From a virus (Duplodnaviria; Caudoviricetes), in the IMG/VR virus record IMGVR_UViG_3300015050_001523, positions 1 through 64,000 of that record: a DNA stretch of 64,000 nt. One strand, 5' to 3'. The translations under genes and the position numbers were made by a program. Positions 1-10,277 of this stretch are shown here, one piece after another (position 1 is the first letter of the stretch; every line of letters starts with the position of its first letter). Below the pieces are notes generated by a model. That model made no database searches, was not told the DNA's origin, and saw nothing but the letters and a program-made list of their open reading frames with translations.

Positions 1-6
1 ATTAAA

Positions 7-942
7 ATGAAAAATGGACTAATTGTTGATTGTTATGGGACCAAACAATATTATTTTTATGGAAGACTGCATCGAGAAGATGGTCCTGCTGTTGAAAGCC
101 TAGACGGTTCAAAACAATGGTGGATTCATGGAAAACTTCATCGAGAAGGAAATCCAGCAGTTGAATGGGAAAATGGAGCATATTGGTGGTATAACCATGG
201 AAAACTTCATCGAGAAGATGGTCCTGCTATTATTTTCCCTTCTACTGATTTATATGGAGAAACAAAGTTTTGGTATAAAAATAATAAACCTCATAGAGAA
301 GACGGCCCAGCTATTGAATATTCGGATGGGCATAAAAGTTATTACTTAAATGGCGAAATATATTCTGAAGAAGATTATTGGAAAGAAATTGAAAGAAGGA
401 AAATGTTTCCAATTATTAAAAAAGAATTTAATGATCGAATTGAATATAGGCTTCCGAATGGACTTCTTCATCGAGAAGACGGACCAGCCATAGAATGGCC
501 AGGGCATAAAGAATGGTATTTAAATGGGATGCTTCATCGAGAAGGAAATCTTCCTGCTTGCGAATATTCGGACGGAACCAAGCTATGGTTTATTAATGGA
601 AAATGTCATAGAGAAGGAACTCTTCCTGCTTGTGAATATGCAGGCGGATATAAAGAATGGTGGATTGATGGAAAATTTGTAGCACGATCGCGTCGACCGT
701 TAGAAAAAACAATACATTTAAAAGATATATTTTCAAATATAAAAAAAGATTTAAATCATAAAGAGCTTTCAAAAAATCTGTTAAAAAAGAAGCGTTTTAA
801 AAAACAAATGCTTTTTTGTTCTTTGATTTATCTGGCCCAAAGAACAAATAATAAATCAGAAAATGATAAAAAGGTCGCAATAAATCAATTAGAAGAAGAG
901 AAAGAAAGTTCTAAATTACCCGATCGTATTATTAATAACTAA
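7..942 (+). CDS. HREDGPA-repeat protein (two repeat blocks plus basic C-terminal tail)
   Basis: Repeated LHRE(D/G)GPA(I/V)E(W/Y) units; starts MKNGLIVD; has the family YSEEDYWKEIERRK helix mid-protein. Confidence 0.85.
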   Translation: MKNGLIVDCYGTKQYYFYGRLHREDGPAVESLDGSKQWWIHGKLHREGNPAVEWENGAYWWYNHGKLHREDGPAIIFPSTDLYGETKFWYKNNKPHREDGPAIEYSDGHKSYYLNGEIYSEEDYWKEIERRKMFPIIKKEFNDRIEYRLPNGLLHREDGPAIEWPGHKEWYLNGMLHREGNLPACEYSDGTKLWFINGKCHREGTLPACEYAGGYKEWWIDGKFVARSRRPLEKTIHLKDIFSNIKKDLNHKELSKNLLKKKRFKKQMLFCSLIYLAQRTNNKSENDKKVAINQLEEEKESSKLPDRIINN

Positions 943-965
943 TTTTATTAGATATTTATGAGCAT

Positions 966-2342
966 ATGCTTCTTTTAAAAGAATATATTAGAAAATTTCT
1001 AAATGAAATAGATTTAGGAACAATTCAAAATGCTCTTGTTGCAAATAAAAAATTGCCCTTTGAAAACATCTTTAAAGGGAAGTTGAGAATTGTTATTCCT
1101 CTTGAAGATGAAAGCTTTTCTTTGTTAAAACAAATTATGGAAGAAGAAGGATATGAGGTTGATATTGCAAATAAAAAAGCTTATATCACAAAGACTTCAA
1201 GAGACGGAAAACAAAACAAGGTTGAATTAAGGCTTGGAAAGGCTGTTTCAAATCTTATAAAGATGAAAGAAAAAAATGGGGAAGATAACAATTTAGAAAA
1301 TTTAAAAAAGCTATATGCAAAATATAGCAGTGTTGGTTCTAGTTACTCAATCGTTCTAACAAGAGCGCCAATTGATGTTCTAAGAATGAGCGATTTTAGA
1401 GGGTTAGAATCATGTCATTCCAAAGGTAGTTCATATTGGCAGTGCGCCATTCAAGAAGCCCAATCAGGCGGAGCCATAGCTTATTTAGTAAGCTCCAAGG
1501 ACATTGAAGGGATTGACTTGCAACAAGATGAAGTCTTTACTGACAAAGACAGAGGGCTAAATGGAATAGCTCCAATTGGAAGGCTTCGTATAAGAAATTT
1601 TGAATATCCAAATGGAAATTTGGCAATCCCAGAATCCACAATATATGGTCAAGATATTGGAAATTTTGAATCATCTGTTGTTGATTTTTTAAGAGATTCT
1701 CAATCAGAGGCTATAGAAAACGACCTTCCAGAACCTTATGATATGGTTTTAAAAGGTGGTGGATATTCCGATACTGCAAGTTCCACTCTTTTGAATAGTT
1801 TTTTTGATACAGATTTTTATAAAGGAGAAGACATCGAAAATGAAAATAATGAAGGTTCATTATTTGAACAATTTGAAGAAGAAGCAAATGAAATGTGGCA
1901 TAATGCCTCTTCAAAAATACGAAATCTTAGTGTTACTTGGGAAGTTGTGGATAATGATGATGATGCCTTTGTTCAATGGAAAGCCGAAATAGAACTTCAA
2001 TATCCAGAATTGAAAATTACCAATGCTTATGGCCATAATGTCGTTTATGATTACAATATCTCAAAAAAGAATTTATTTATTATATCCAATAAAATGAACA
2101 ATGTTCTAAATGTAAGAGGTTGGCGATTTGATGCATATGAAGCAAATCAATTAAATAATGGTTATTGGGTGTTTAGATTAGATCCAATGGAAGATAGCAC
2201 TGGCCATCCTGATGAATTTAATGCCTTTCTTCAAGACTGTATAAAATTTGAAAGAGAATTTATTAGAATAAAAGAAGTTTGGGATAGATTTTATATAGAG
2301 ACGGCCGAAAAAAGATATAATGAAATTATGGAAGAAAAATAA
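966..2342 (+). CDS. Hypothetical protein, probably virion-associated (LLKEYIRKFLNE leader; RMSDF...SCH...YWQCA motif)
   Basis: 458-aa ORF; ATATTTAT 6 nt upstream; N-terminal leader shared with other genes in the window. Confidence 0.8.
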   Translation: MLLLKEYIRKFLNEIDLGTIQNALVANKKLPFENIFKGKLRIVIPLEDESFSLLKQIMEEEGYEVDIANKKAYITKTSRDGKQNKVELRLGKAVSNLIKMKEKNGEDNNLENLKKLYAKYSSVGSSYSIVLTRAPIDVLRMSDFRGLESCHSKGSSYWQCAIQEAQSGGAIAYLVSSKDIEGIDLQQDEVFTDKDRGLNGIAPIGRLRIRNFEYPNGNLAIPESTIYGQDIGNFESSVVDFLRDSQSEAIENDLPEPYDMVLKGGGYSDTASSTLLNSFFDTDFYKGEDIENENNEGSLFEQFEEEANEMWHNASSKIRNLSVTWEVVDNDDDAFVQWKAEIELQYPELKITNAYGHNVVYDYNISKKNLFIISNKMNNVLNVRGWRFDAYEANQLNNGYWVFRLDPMEDSTGHPDEFNAFLQDCIKFEREFIRIKEVWDRFYIETAEKRYNEIMEEK

Positions 2343-2343
2343 T

Positions 2344-2670
2344 TTATACTTCTGGATATTGTGATATTGAACCTGCTTTTATTTTTTGATAATGTAGATC
2401 AAAAAATAAAATACCTAAATTTGCAGCGGCTGTTCCATGGTCTTTAGAGCTAGAATATGTATCTTCTATTGAGGTTGGTCTAGAAACTTTAACAACAAGA
2501 ATTGCGCTATCTCCTGCTCCATCAGGAGGGTCAACTTCTCCAAATGTAATAACTCTTTGCATATATTGATCACTTGGCGTGTATGAACTTGAGACAGAGC
2601 CAGTAATCCATCCTGAGCCAGCTGGCAACGTTCCGTTGTGTATTATTGACCAAGCATAAGAATATTCCAT
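2344..2670 (-). CDS. Small beta-rich protein resembling the C-terminal module of phage fibre/structural proteins
   Basis: 108-aa ORF filling the gap between convergent genes; EDTY...LGILFFDLHYQ...GS pattern. Confidence 0.6.
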   Translation of the reverse strand: MEYSYAWSIIHNGTLPAGSGWITGSVSSSYTPSDQYMQRVITFGEVDPPDGAGDSAILVVKVSRPTSIEDTYSSSKDHGTAAANLGILFFDLHYQKIKAGSISQYPEV

Positions 2671-2703
2671 AAAAATTCTTTAATATAAAAATCTGTTTGA
2701 AGA

Positions 2704-2712
2704 TGTTATACT
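2704..2712 (+). promoter_or_regulatory. Extended -10 promoter (TGnTATACT) 7 nt before dnaE ATG; predicted leaderless transcript
   Basis: TG-T-TATACT at 2704-2712, ATG at 2720, no Shine-Dalgarno. Confidence 0.55.
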
Positions 2713-2719
2713 TGGCCAG

Positions 2720-5700
2720 ATGGCAAAAGTTCCAAACAGATTTTTTGGTTTACATGCGCATTCAGGCGCTAGCTCATATGATGGACTTGGGAAACCATCA
2801 GATCATTTTGATTTTGTTTTGAAAAATGGCGGAGATGGAATGGCCATTACAGAACATGGACATATGAATTCTTATGCTTCTGCATTTAAAGCTTATGAAG
2901 CTTTATTAAAATCGGGAACAAAGTTCAAATACATTCCTGGAATTGAAGCTTATTTTCATCCGTCATTAAGTGATTGGGAAAATATCAAAAAAAACAAACC
3001 AGAATCTGGCGCTGCTGTGCTTCGTCCGTTGACTAGCACCCAAGATCTAACTAGCAATTATCCAGTAAATCCAGAAGAGCTAAGTTTGGTAGATAATGAA
3101 GAAATGGGTACTTCAACAATAGAAGATGAAAATGCATCAAAAAGAATATTAAGTCCTTTGAATCGTCGCCATCATCTTGTTTTGCTTCCAAAAAATAGCC
3201 AAGGACTTCAGGATTTATTCAAGCTAACATCTTTTGGATATTCTAAAGGATTTTATAGATTTCCAAGAATTGACCATTCTATCATAAGAGAAGTAAATAA
3301 AGAAAAAAACATAATAGCATCTTCTGCTTGCTTGGCTGGTCAACCAAGTTATGAAATGTTTCAGGAATGTTTAGATGTTGATTGGGATAATGTAACTTAT
3401 GATTTGGTAAAACAAAGAAAAAATAAAATCATGCCTAAGCTTCGCGCTATGGCTGAGCAAAATATAGAGACATTTGGAATAGATAATTATTTTTTGGAGC
3501 TCCAATTTAATAAATTGGAACCTCAACACGCCATTAATTATTTACTAATGGAGCTTTCAAAAGAAACTGGAATTCAACTGATTGCAACAGCAGATAGTCA
3601 CTATCCTGGAAGAGACAAATGGAAGGCTAGAGAAATGTATAAACGCATTCGGCCTGGAAATTGGAAAGATGATGATAATTTTCCAAAAAGTGTTGATGAT
3701 TTAAAGTGTGAGTTATTCCCTAAAAATGCAGAACAAATGTGGGAAGAATATTTATCGCATAAAAATCGATATGATTTTTATGATGATGAAATAGTATGTT
3801 CTGCGATTGAAAGATCATATGACGTTGCTCATGAAATGATCGGAGAAATAAATCCTGATAGAAAAATAAAGCTTCCAAATTATACGGTTCCTGTTGGAGA
3901 AAAACCAATGCAGGCATTGACAAAAATGTCAATTGAGGGGTTGAAAAAAATGGGCCTTTCAAATGACATTCAATATGTAAGCCGTCTAAAAGAAGAGCTG
4001 CAAATGATCAAAGATAAAAAATTTGCAAAATATTTCTTAACGATGAAAGCAATAACAGACATTGCGCACAAAAACATGTTGGCTGGATATGGTCGTGGCA
4101 GCGCGGTTTCGAGCCTTGTTTGTTATGTTCTTGGAATAACAGGAATAGATCCAATCAAATACAATCTTTTGTTTGCTAGATTCTTGTCGAAAGACAGAAA
4201 AGAACTCCCAGATATTGATTCAGATTTTTCAGATAGAGATCTTTTAAGAAAGCTACTGGCAGAAGAATTTGGAGAAGACAATGTTGTTGCAATCTCGAAT
4301 ATAAATTCATTAAGTTTAAAAACTTTAGCAAAAGATATCTCAAAATTTTACGGTATTGAATTTACTGAGGTAAATGATGCTGTTAGATTTGTTGACAAAG
4401 ATATTGTTGATGGAGGGAAAAAGGAAGAACCTCCAATAGATAAAACAGAGCTTAAGTTCAATTTTGAAGAAGCAATGAAGTATTCTTCAAAATTTATAGA
4501 ATTTATTGACAGGCATCCATATGTTGGAGAACATATTCAAGAATTGATGGGAGAACAACGCTCTTTATCTCGTCATGCTGGAGGTATTATCCTTTCTGAA
4601 GACATTCAAAATAGAATGCCTGTTATTGTTTCAAAAAATGTAAAACAGACTCCATGGACAAAAGACTATCTTGAAAATTTTGGATGGGTAAAGTATGATC
4701 TTCTTGGGCTTGAAACATTAAAAATAATTGAAAGATGCATCTCTTTAATTCTTCAAAGGCATGAAAATAATAATAATCCATCTTTTAATGATATAAAAAA
4801 ATGGTATGATGAGCATCTTCATCCAAACGTTATTGATTTAGATGACCAACATGTTTATGAACACATTTATCATGAAGGAAGATATGCGGGAATTTTTCAG
4901 GTTTCGCAAAGAGATACCCAAAAATTTTTTACAGAAGCAAAGCCAACAAACATTGTTGATATTGCCGCCCTAACCTCAATTTATCGACCTGGCCCAATGG
5001 GTGCGAATGTGCATAAAAAGTACATCAAGGCAAAAGCACACCCAGAGAAGATTGTATATAAACATCAATTAATTAAAGATGTTCTTCAAGAAACTTATGG
5101 ATTCCTTGTATTTCAAGAGCAGGCGATGCGACTTGGAAATATTGTTGGTGGAATGACTTTGGATGAGACGGACACTTTAAGAAAAGTTGTCTCTAAAAAA
5201 TATAAGCCAGAAGATCCAATGTATGTAAAAGCAATGGAGATGGAAAAGGTTTTTATTGAAGGAGGGATTAAGAATGGTATAGAAAGGCACGTTCTTGAAG
5301 AGCTTTATCATAATATTAAAGAATTTGCAAAATATTCGTTCAACGCTTCCCATGCTCTCAGTTATGGCATCAATTCATATCTTTGCGCTTGGCTATTAAC
5401 GTATTATGAACCTGAATGGCTTTGTGCATATATTGAAACACAACTTTCAAAGCCAGATGAAAAAGCAAAGGCAATCTCAGAATTAAAAAGCTTTGGATAT
5501 GACTTTGCAAAGATTGACATTAATAAGGCAACTGATCATTGGACGGTTGTTGATGGAGATAAAAAATTGATGCCAAGCTTTTTGTCCTGCAAAGATGTTG
5601 GACCTTCTGCTGTTTTGGAGATTATTGAAAAAAGACCTTATTATGACATTTATAGTTTTTTATGGAATGAATCTGGTGCTTGGAATCATAGCAAATTCAA

Positions 5701-6283
5701 CAAAAAGAACTTTAATGTTCTAACAAAAATTCAAGCATTTGATAGTTTGGATTGTGTTGGGGAAGGAAAGCTGTTCAAAAATTATGCTCACATGCATAGA
5801 ACCATTATAGACAACTGGAATGTATTAAAGAAATGCCTCAAAAAAGATAATTTTGATTCTCAATGTCAAAAACTTGATAATTTTGCTGCGGAAGCAAATG
5901 ATCAAGATTGGAGCACAGAAGAAAAGCTTGAGATTTACAAATCATTAATGGGAGAAACAAATCTTGATTTAATTATTCCAAAAAAGATTCAAGAAAGACT
6001 ATATGCGAAAGGATATTCTTCAATTGATTCCTTAACTGAAGAACAATCAGGAGCTTTGTGCTGGTTTGTTGTTGAGGGTATTGAAAAGAGAAAAACAAAG
6101 CATGGAAAGTCTTACTTGATTCTTCAGGCTTCTGGATTAAGTGGAAAACTTGAAGGAATCAAGATTTGGGATTGGGATGAAAGTGTTCAATTTTCAAAAA
6201 ATACTGGATATAGAGCCTATGTTGAGCGCGACAATTTTGGATTTAAGTTAAAAATAAATCAGATTTTTGAAATCTCAAAATAG
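2720..6283 (+). CDS. dnaE: DNA polymerase III alpha subunit (family C)
   Basis: PHP HAHSGASSYDG, RGSAVSSLVCYVLGITGIDP, catalytic PDIDSDF, SRHAGG, KYDLLGL, GIFQ, YRPGP, FNASHA motifs; C-terminal OB-like region. Confidence 0.97.
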   Translation: MAKVPNRFFGLHAHSGASSYDGLGKPSDHFDFVLKNGGDGMAITEHGHMNSYASAFKAYEALLKSGTKFKYIPGIEAYFHPSLSDWENIKKNKPESGAAVLRPLTSTQDLTSNYPVNPEELSLVDNEEMGTSTIEDENASKRILSPLNRRHHLVLLPKNSQGLQDLFKLTSFGYSKGFYRFPRIDHSIIREVNKEKNIIASSACLAGQPSYEMFQECLDVDWDNVTYDLVKQRKNKIMPKLRAMAEQNIETFGIDNYFLELQFNKLEPQHAINYLLMELSKETGIQLIATADSHYPGRDKWKAREMYKRIRPGNWKDDDNFPKSVDDLKCELFPKNAEQMWEEYLSHKNRYDFYDDEIVCSAIERSYDVAHEMIGEINPDRKIKLPNYTVPVGEKPMQALTKMSIEGLKKMGLSNDIQYVSRLKEELQMIKDKKFAKYFLTMKAITDIAHKNMLAGYGRGSAVSSLVCYVLGITGIDPIKYNLLFARFLSKDRKELPDIDSDFSDRDLLRKLLAEEFGEDNVVAISNINSLSLKTLAKDISKFYGIEFTEVNDAVRFVDKDIVDGGKKEEPPIDKTELKFNFEEAMKYSSKFIEFIDRHPYVGEHIQELMGEQRSLSRHAGGIILSEDIQNRMPVIVSKNVKQTPWTKDYLENFGWVKYDLLGLETLKIIERCISLILQRHENNNNPSFNDIKKWYDEHLHPNVIDLDDQHVYEHIYHEGRYAGIFQVSQRDTQKFFTEAKPTNIVDIAALTSIYRPGPMGANVHKKYIKAKAHPEKIVYKHQLIKDVLQETYGFLVFQEQAMRLGNIVGGMTLDETDTLRKVVSKKYKPEDPMYVKAMEMEKVFIEGGIKNGIERHVLEELYHNIKEFAKYSFNASHALSYGINSYLCAWLLTYYEPEWLCAYIETQLSKPDEKAKAISELKSFGYDFAKIDINKATDHWTVVDGDKKLMPSFLSCKDVGPSAVLEIIEKRPYYDIYSFLWNESGAWNHSKFNKKNFNVLTKIQAFDSLDCVGEGKLFKNYAHMHRTIIDNWNVLKKCLKKDNFDSQCQKLDNFAAEANDQDWSTEEKLEIYKSLMGETNLDLIIPKKIQERLYAKGYSSIDSLTEEQSGALCWFVVEGIEKRKTKHGKSYLILQASGLSGKLEGIKIWDWDESVQFSKNTGYRAYVERDNFGFKLKINQIFEISK

Positions 6284-6304
6284 AACATATTGTATACTTA
6301 GCTC

Positions 6305-7426
6305 ATGAAAGAAACTGTTTGCATAACTGGTGTTGCTGGACTTATTGGCTCTTGGATCGCAGAAGCCCTAATAAAAAAAGGGTATCGAGTTATTGGATTT
6401 GATAATCTAATTGGGGGATATGCAGACACCATTTCTTTTCTTGAAGATGTTGGAAAGTCAATAACGGAAAAAGAAGAACTTGAAAGGCCGTACTCGGCTC
6501 TAAGTCTTGAAGAAAAAGTTCAAAGAAATATCAAAAATTTTGAATATTTTTATCATGATATTTCATGGTATGAGGGGATTGAGCACATAGCTCATATCTT
6601 GAAAAAACACAAAGTCAAGGCAGTTTATCATTGCGCTGCAATAGCACCTGAAGGATATAGCGTATTCGCCCCCAGCATCATATCTAATAGCGTTTTCATG
6701 GGAACAACAGTTATGGCAACAGCAGCCATTCGAGCAGGTATAAAACGATTCATAAATCTTTCATCAATGAGTAGATATGGGAATCAAGAAAGTCCTTTTA
6801 TAGAGAGCATGAACAAAATGCCGATTGATCCTTATGCTTTGGCCAAATCTTCGGCCGAAGACATGGCTACAATGCTTGGGAAAATGCATGGAATGGAAGT
6901 TGTGCATGCGATTCCTCACAATGTCGTGGGGCCGCGGCAGTCGTATACAGATCCTTACAGAAATGTTGTATCTATTATGACAAATTTGATGTTGCAAGGA
7001 CGGCAGCCAATAATTTATGGAGATGGTTCGCAATCAAGATGTTTTTCAATGATTCAGGATGATGTAGAAATATTTGTAAATCTTCTTGATTGCGAAATTG
7101 AACATGGAGAATCCTTTAATATAGGTCCTGACAATAGAGAAATCTCTATATTAAATTTGGCAAAACTTATTGCATCAATTTTGAATTTTGATCTTGACCC
7201 AATATTTGAAACATCAAGGCCGCATGAAGTAATGCATCCAATTTGTTCATCAAATAAAATAAGAGAAAGATTTGGATTTATTCCAAAAATGAGTCTAGAA
7301 GATGGAATAAAGTCAATTGTAGATTATATTCAAAAACGTGGAGCACTTCAATTTAATTACCATTTGCCAATTGAAATAAATAACAAAGAAAACATTCCAA
7401 AAACATGGAAAGAAAGGAAGTTTTAA
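6305..7426 (+). CDS. NAD-dependent epimerase/dehydratase (extended SDR)
   Basis: ITGVAGLIG Rossmann motif, YALAK (YxxxK), NVVGPRQ, IIYGDGSQSRCF. Confidence 0.93.
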   Translation: MKETVCITGVAGLIGSWIAEALIKKGYRVIGFDNLIGGYADTISFLEDVGKSITEKEELERPYSALSLEEKVQRNIKNFEYFYHDISWYEGIEHIAHILKKHKVKAVYHCAAIAPEGYSVFAPSIISNSVFMGTTVMATAAIRAGIKRFINLSSMSRYGNQESPFIESMNKMPIDPYALAKSSAEDMATMLGKMHGMEVVHAIPHNVVGPRQSYTDPYRNVVSIMTNLMLQGRQPIIYGDGSQSRCFSMIQDDVEIFVNLLDCEIEHGESFNIGPDNREISILNLAKLIASILNFDLDPIFETSRPHEVMHPICSSNKIRERFGFIPKMSLEDGIKSIVDYIQKRGALQFNYHLPIEINNKENIPKTWKERKF

Positions 7427-7427
7427 A

Positions 7428-7793
7428 ATGAATTTAAAAAATATAATTAATGAATTTAAAATTAAATATTTGATTATGAAAAAAATTAAATCTTCAAAAT
7501 GGCTAAATCCTTCGCCTTGGCCACCAGATCTTTATTGTTTATATGGTTCTAAGCCTAATAAAATTGAAATAATAATAACTGAAAAGGGAGATAAAAGAAT
7601 AGTCCAAATATTTCCAGTTATGACAGGTCCAAATAGACCATACACCAATATAACTTGGTCACAAGATCTTGCATTACTTAGAAAATTTAATAATATTGAT
7701 GCTGAAATGGAATTATGTAAACAAATTTCTACTGATATTGATTGTGGAATTTTGAATGAACTTCTTTTTGACGGAAAGAGAGTATTGGCATGA
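7428..7793 (+). CDS. Small protein containing a T4 gp23-like major capsid protein fragment
   Basis: TWSQDL...NIDAEMEL...ISTDIDCGILNEL resembles the gp23 WSxELAQDL...DAEAEL...EIxREI segment. Confidence 0.6.
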   Translation: MNLKNIINEFKIKYLIMKKIKSSKWLNPSPWPPDLYCLYGSKPNKIEIIITEKGDKRIVQIFPVMTGPNRPYTNITWSQDLALLRKFNNIDAEMELCKQISTDIDCGILNELLFDGKRVLA

Positions 7794-8104
7794 AATTAAA
7801 AGATATAATTGAAAATTATAAAAGAAATTTGCTTGAAAGTCACGGCATTTTTTCTGGGTATAATGGCAAAAGCTTTCTTGATGCTGGCTATGTTTATTTT
7901 CCATATATTCCACTTGTCATAACTCAATCTTGGCCAAAGATAGAGATATCCAATGATCTATGTGCATTTCATGATGATGCTAGCAATGAACTTGTAAAGG
8001 AAATGTCTAATAGAATCGCCATGGATATTGATGAGCAAATTTTAAATTCTATTGTTAAGGAAAATGCTTTTGTGATATCCCAAGTTGCTGATGACTTTTT
8101 ATAA
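7790..8104 (+). CDS. Small protein with two T4 gp23-like major capsid motifs in permuted order
   Basis: GYNGKSFLDAGYVYFPYIPL (gp23 C-terminal GYKG...DAG.Y.PY.PL) followed by DASNEL...IAMDIDEQILN (gp23 central helix). Confidence 0.7.
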   Translation: MKLKDIIENYKRNLLESHGIFSGYNGKSFLDAGYVYFPYIPLVITQSWPKIEISNDLCAFHDDASNELVKEMSNRIAMDIDEQILNSIVKENAFVISQVADDFL

Positions 8105-8117
8105 TGGAAAAAATATT

Positions 8118-8402
8118 ATGAAATTAAAAGATATAATTGAAAAAATAAATGAAAATTTAACAGGAGAAGTAGCCACAAATTTAGTGACTTATATTGGTCA
8201 TTTTTGGTATGAAGAAACAGGATTTTTTTATCAAGAATTCTCAATTAGGGCACTAATAAAAATCTTAAGTTCATTTTTAGAACAAAAATTTATTTCAAAA
8301 AATGAGGCTCAATTTTGGATGAAATCAATTAATTGCGAATTTGAAGAACTTCGAAATAGAATTGAAATTTTAGAAAAAGAATTAAAAAAGAAATCTGATT
8401 AA
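8118..8402 (+). CDS. Hypothetical protein sharing the MKLKDIIE leader with the upstream gene
   Basis: First 26 nt identical to the start of 7790; start refined from 8085. Confidence 0.7.
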   Translation: MKLKDIIEKINENLTGEVATNLVTYIGHFWYEETGFFYQEFSIRALIKILSSFLEQKFISKNEAQFWMKSINCEFEELRNRIEILEKELKKKSD

Positions 8403-8420
8403 AGAAAGTATGATCAGATC

Positions 8421-9050
8421 ATGAGAACTTGGACAGGACAATTATCACCATTACCGAGTGCCGGAGAAGCTGGCATAGTTTGCCCCATGGACCTCGTTGT
8501 TCTTTTGGGAAGATACAATAGATTCGGCAACAATGGAGACAATGAATTTACAGTGCTCCATCATAGCGTTCTTGTTTCCATTTTGTGGATGGTTGCAGAA
8601 TACCCTAAAGAATCTTTAATTTATGCCCTTGGCCATGATTTCCATGAGGCATATACTGGAGATATTCCGGCACCAATAAAAAACATAACACCCGAAGTAA
8701 GAGATGCGATGAGAAGCGTCGAAGACATGTTAGATAAAAGGATTTATAGTTTTATGGGGATAACTCCTCCTGATGATAAGACTAAAAAATTAGTAAAAAT
8801 TGTTGATAAGGCTTCTTTGATAATTGAAAGTATGATTACAGGTCCTTCTGGCTCTGACGACATTGATCAGCTAAAGAAAGACTATCCAGATCCAGAAATT
8901 TGGAGAATTGTAAATAAGGCGATGCCAAACCTAAAATATGTTAGTGCAAGCATAAAAAAGAAAGTTGTTGATAGAGAGCATTTTGCATATGGAAAATTGG
9001 TTGACGATCTTCCAATATCTCTTCAATATGATATAAACAAGGATATATAA
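8421..9050 (+). CDS. HD-domain phosphohydrolase (YfbR/5'-deoxynucleotidase-like)
   Basis: TVLHHSVLV...ALGHDFHEAYTGDIPAPIK...VKIVDK. Confidence 0.88.
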   Translation: MRTWTGQLSPLPSAGEAGIVCPMDLVVLLGRYNRFGNNGDNEFTVLHHSVLVSILWMVAEYPKESLIYALGHDFHEAYTGDIPAPIKNITPEVRDAMRSVEDMLDKRIYSFMGITPPDDKTKKLVKIVDKASLIIESMITGPSGSDDIDQLKKDYPDPEIWRIVNKAMPNLKYVSASIKKKVVDREHFAYGKLVDDLPISLQYDINKDI

Positions 9051-9328
9051 TGGAATTAAGTAAAATATTAAACGAAGTTAAAACAGAGGTAATCAGAAGG
9101 AATTGTTATGTTCCTATTTCGATGTCATATATTGATGAGCTTGCCAAAGTTTGCAATGCCCTTCATGAAGAAATGCTAAAAGTTTGCGACGCTTCATCTG
9201 TACTTTCTGATTCTTTGAATAAGTTCTCTAAATCAAATCCATGGCTGAAAACTTCTGTTGAAATTGACAAATACAGCTATGGATTAAATGATTATGCATT
9301 AAGAAAACACATTTATGGAAACATATAA
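9050..9328 (+). CDS. Hypothetical protein
   Basis: 92-aa ORF with TAATG coupling to the upstream gene. Confidence 0.7.
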   Translation: MELSKILNEVKTEVIRRNCYVPISMSYIDELAKVCNALHEEMLKVCDASSVLSDSLNKFSKSNPWLKTSVEIDKYSYGLNDYALRKHIYGNI

Positions 9329-10274
9329 ATTAAATAAAAAATGTCTTATAACCGGCGCTGCCGGCTTTATTGGAAGCAATCTTGCAAAAAGGTTGATAAA
9401 TGATGGATGGGATGTGGATGGCGTTGATGATTTGTCAAATGGCCATATGTGCTTCTTAGATGACATAATCGATAATCCAAAATTTACATTTTTCAAAAAA
9501 GACTTTGCTGATGCTCAAATTCTTATGAATGTAAATTTTGGATATTATGATGTAATTTTTCATGAGGCAGCAATTCCTCGTGTTAGTTTTTCTTGCGAAC
9601 ATCCTTATTTCACAACAGATATAAATATAGGAAAAACTGTAAAGCTTATGGAGGAAGCAATCCAATGTTCCGGCCAAAAGCCTAAATTTGTATTTGCCTC
9701 AAGTTCATCTGTGTACGGCGGTGCAAAAATTCTTCCAACAAAAGAAAGCGAACCGAAATCTCCTGTTTCTCCTTATGCCTTGCAAAAAAGCACAATAGAA
9801 GAATATTGTAAATTGTTTTATAATCTTTATGGACTTGAGTCTGTTTGTTTGCGCTATTTTAATGTATTCGGCCCAAATCAGCTTGGAGATTCTCCTTATA
9901 GTTGCGCAATATCTGCATGGTGTGATGCTGTAAAAAATAACAAGCCTTTACGTTCAGATGGAGATGGAGAACAATCAAGAGATCTTTGTTATATCGACAA
10001 TGTAGTTGACGCGAATATTATTGTTGCTTTGTCTGATAAAGTTTTTAAAGGAGATTGTTATAATGTTGCTTGCGGAGACCGGACCACAAACAATGAAATA
10101 TTAGATTTCTTTAAAAAAAGATTTCAAGGAATAGAAATCAAACAAGCCCCAGAAAGAGCTGGTGATGTTAAACATACTCAAGCTGATATTTCTGAAATCA
10201 TGAAGCTTGGATATACTCCAAAAGTAAAATTTTGGGACGGATTAGAAAAAACAATTAATTGGTGGAATTTATAA
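9315..10274 (+). CDS. NAD-dependent epimerase/dehydratase (UDP-hexose/HexNAc 4-epimerase-like)
   Basis: ITGAAGFIGS, FASSSSVYG, PYALQK, LRYFNVFGP, GDGEQSRD, ERAGDVKH. Confidence 0.95.
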   Translation: METYKLNKKCLITGAAGFIGSNLAKRLINDGWDVDGVDDLSNGHMCFLDDIIDNPKFTFFKKDFADAQILMNVNFGYYDVIFHEAAIPRVSFSCEHPYFTTDINIGKTVKLMEEAIQCSGQKPKFVFASSSSVYGGAKILPTKESEPKSPVSPYALQKSTIEEYCKLFYNLYGLESVCLRYFNVFGPNQLGDSPYSCAISAWCDAVKNNKPLRSDGDGEQSRDLCYIDNVVDANIIVALSDKVFKGDCYNVACGDRTTNNEILDFFKKRFQGIEIKQAPERAGDVKHTQADISEIMKLGYTPKVKFWDGLEKTINWWNL

Positions 10275-10277
10275 CAC

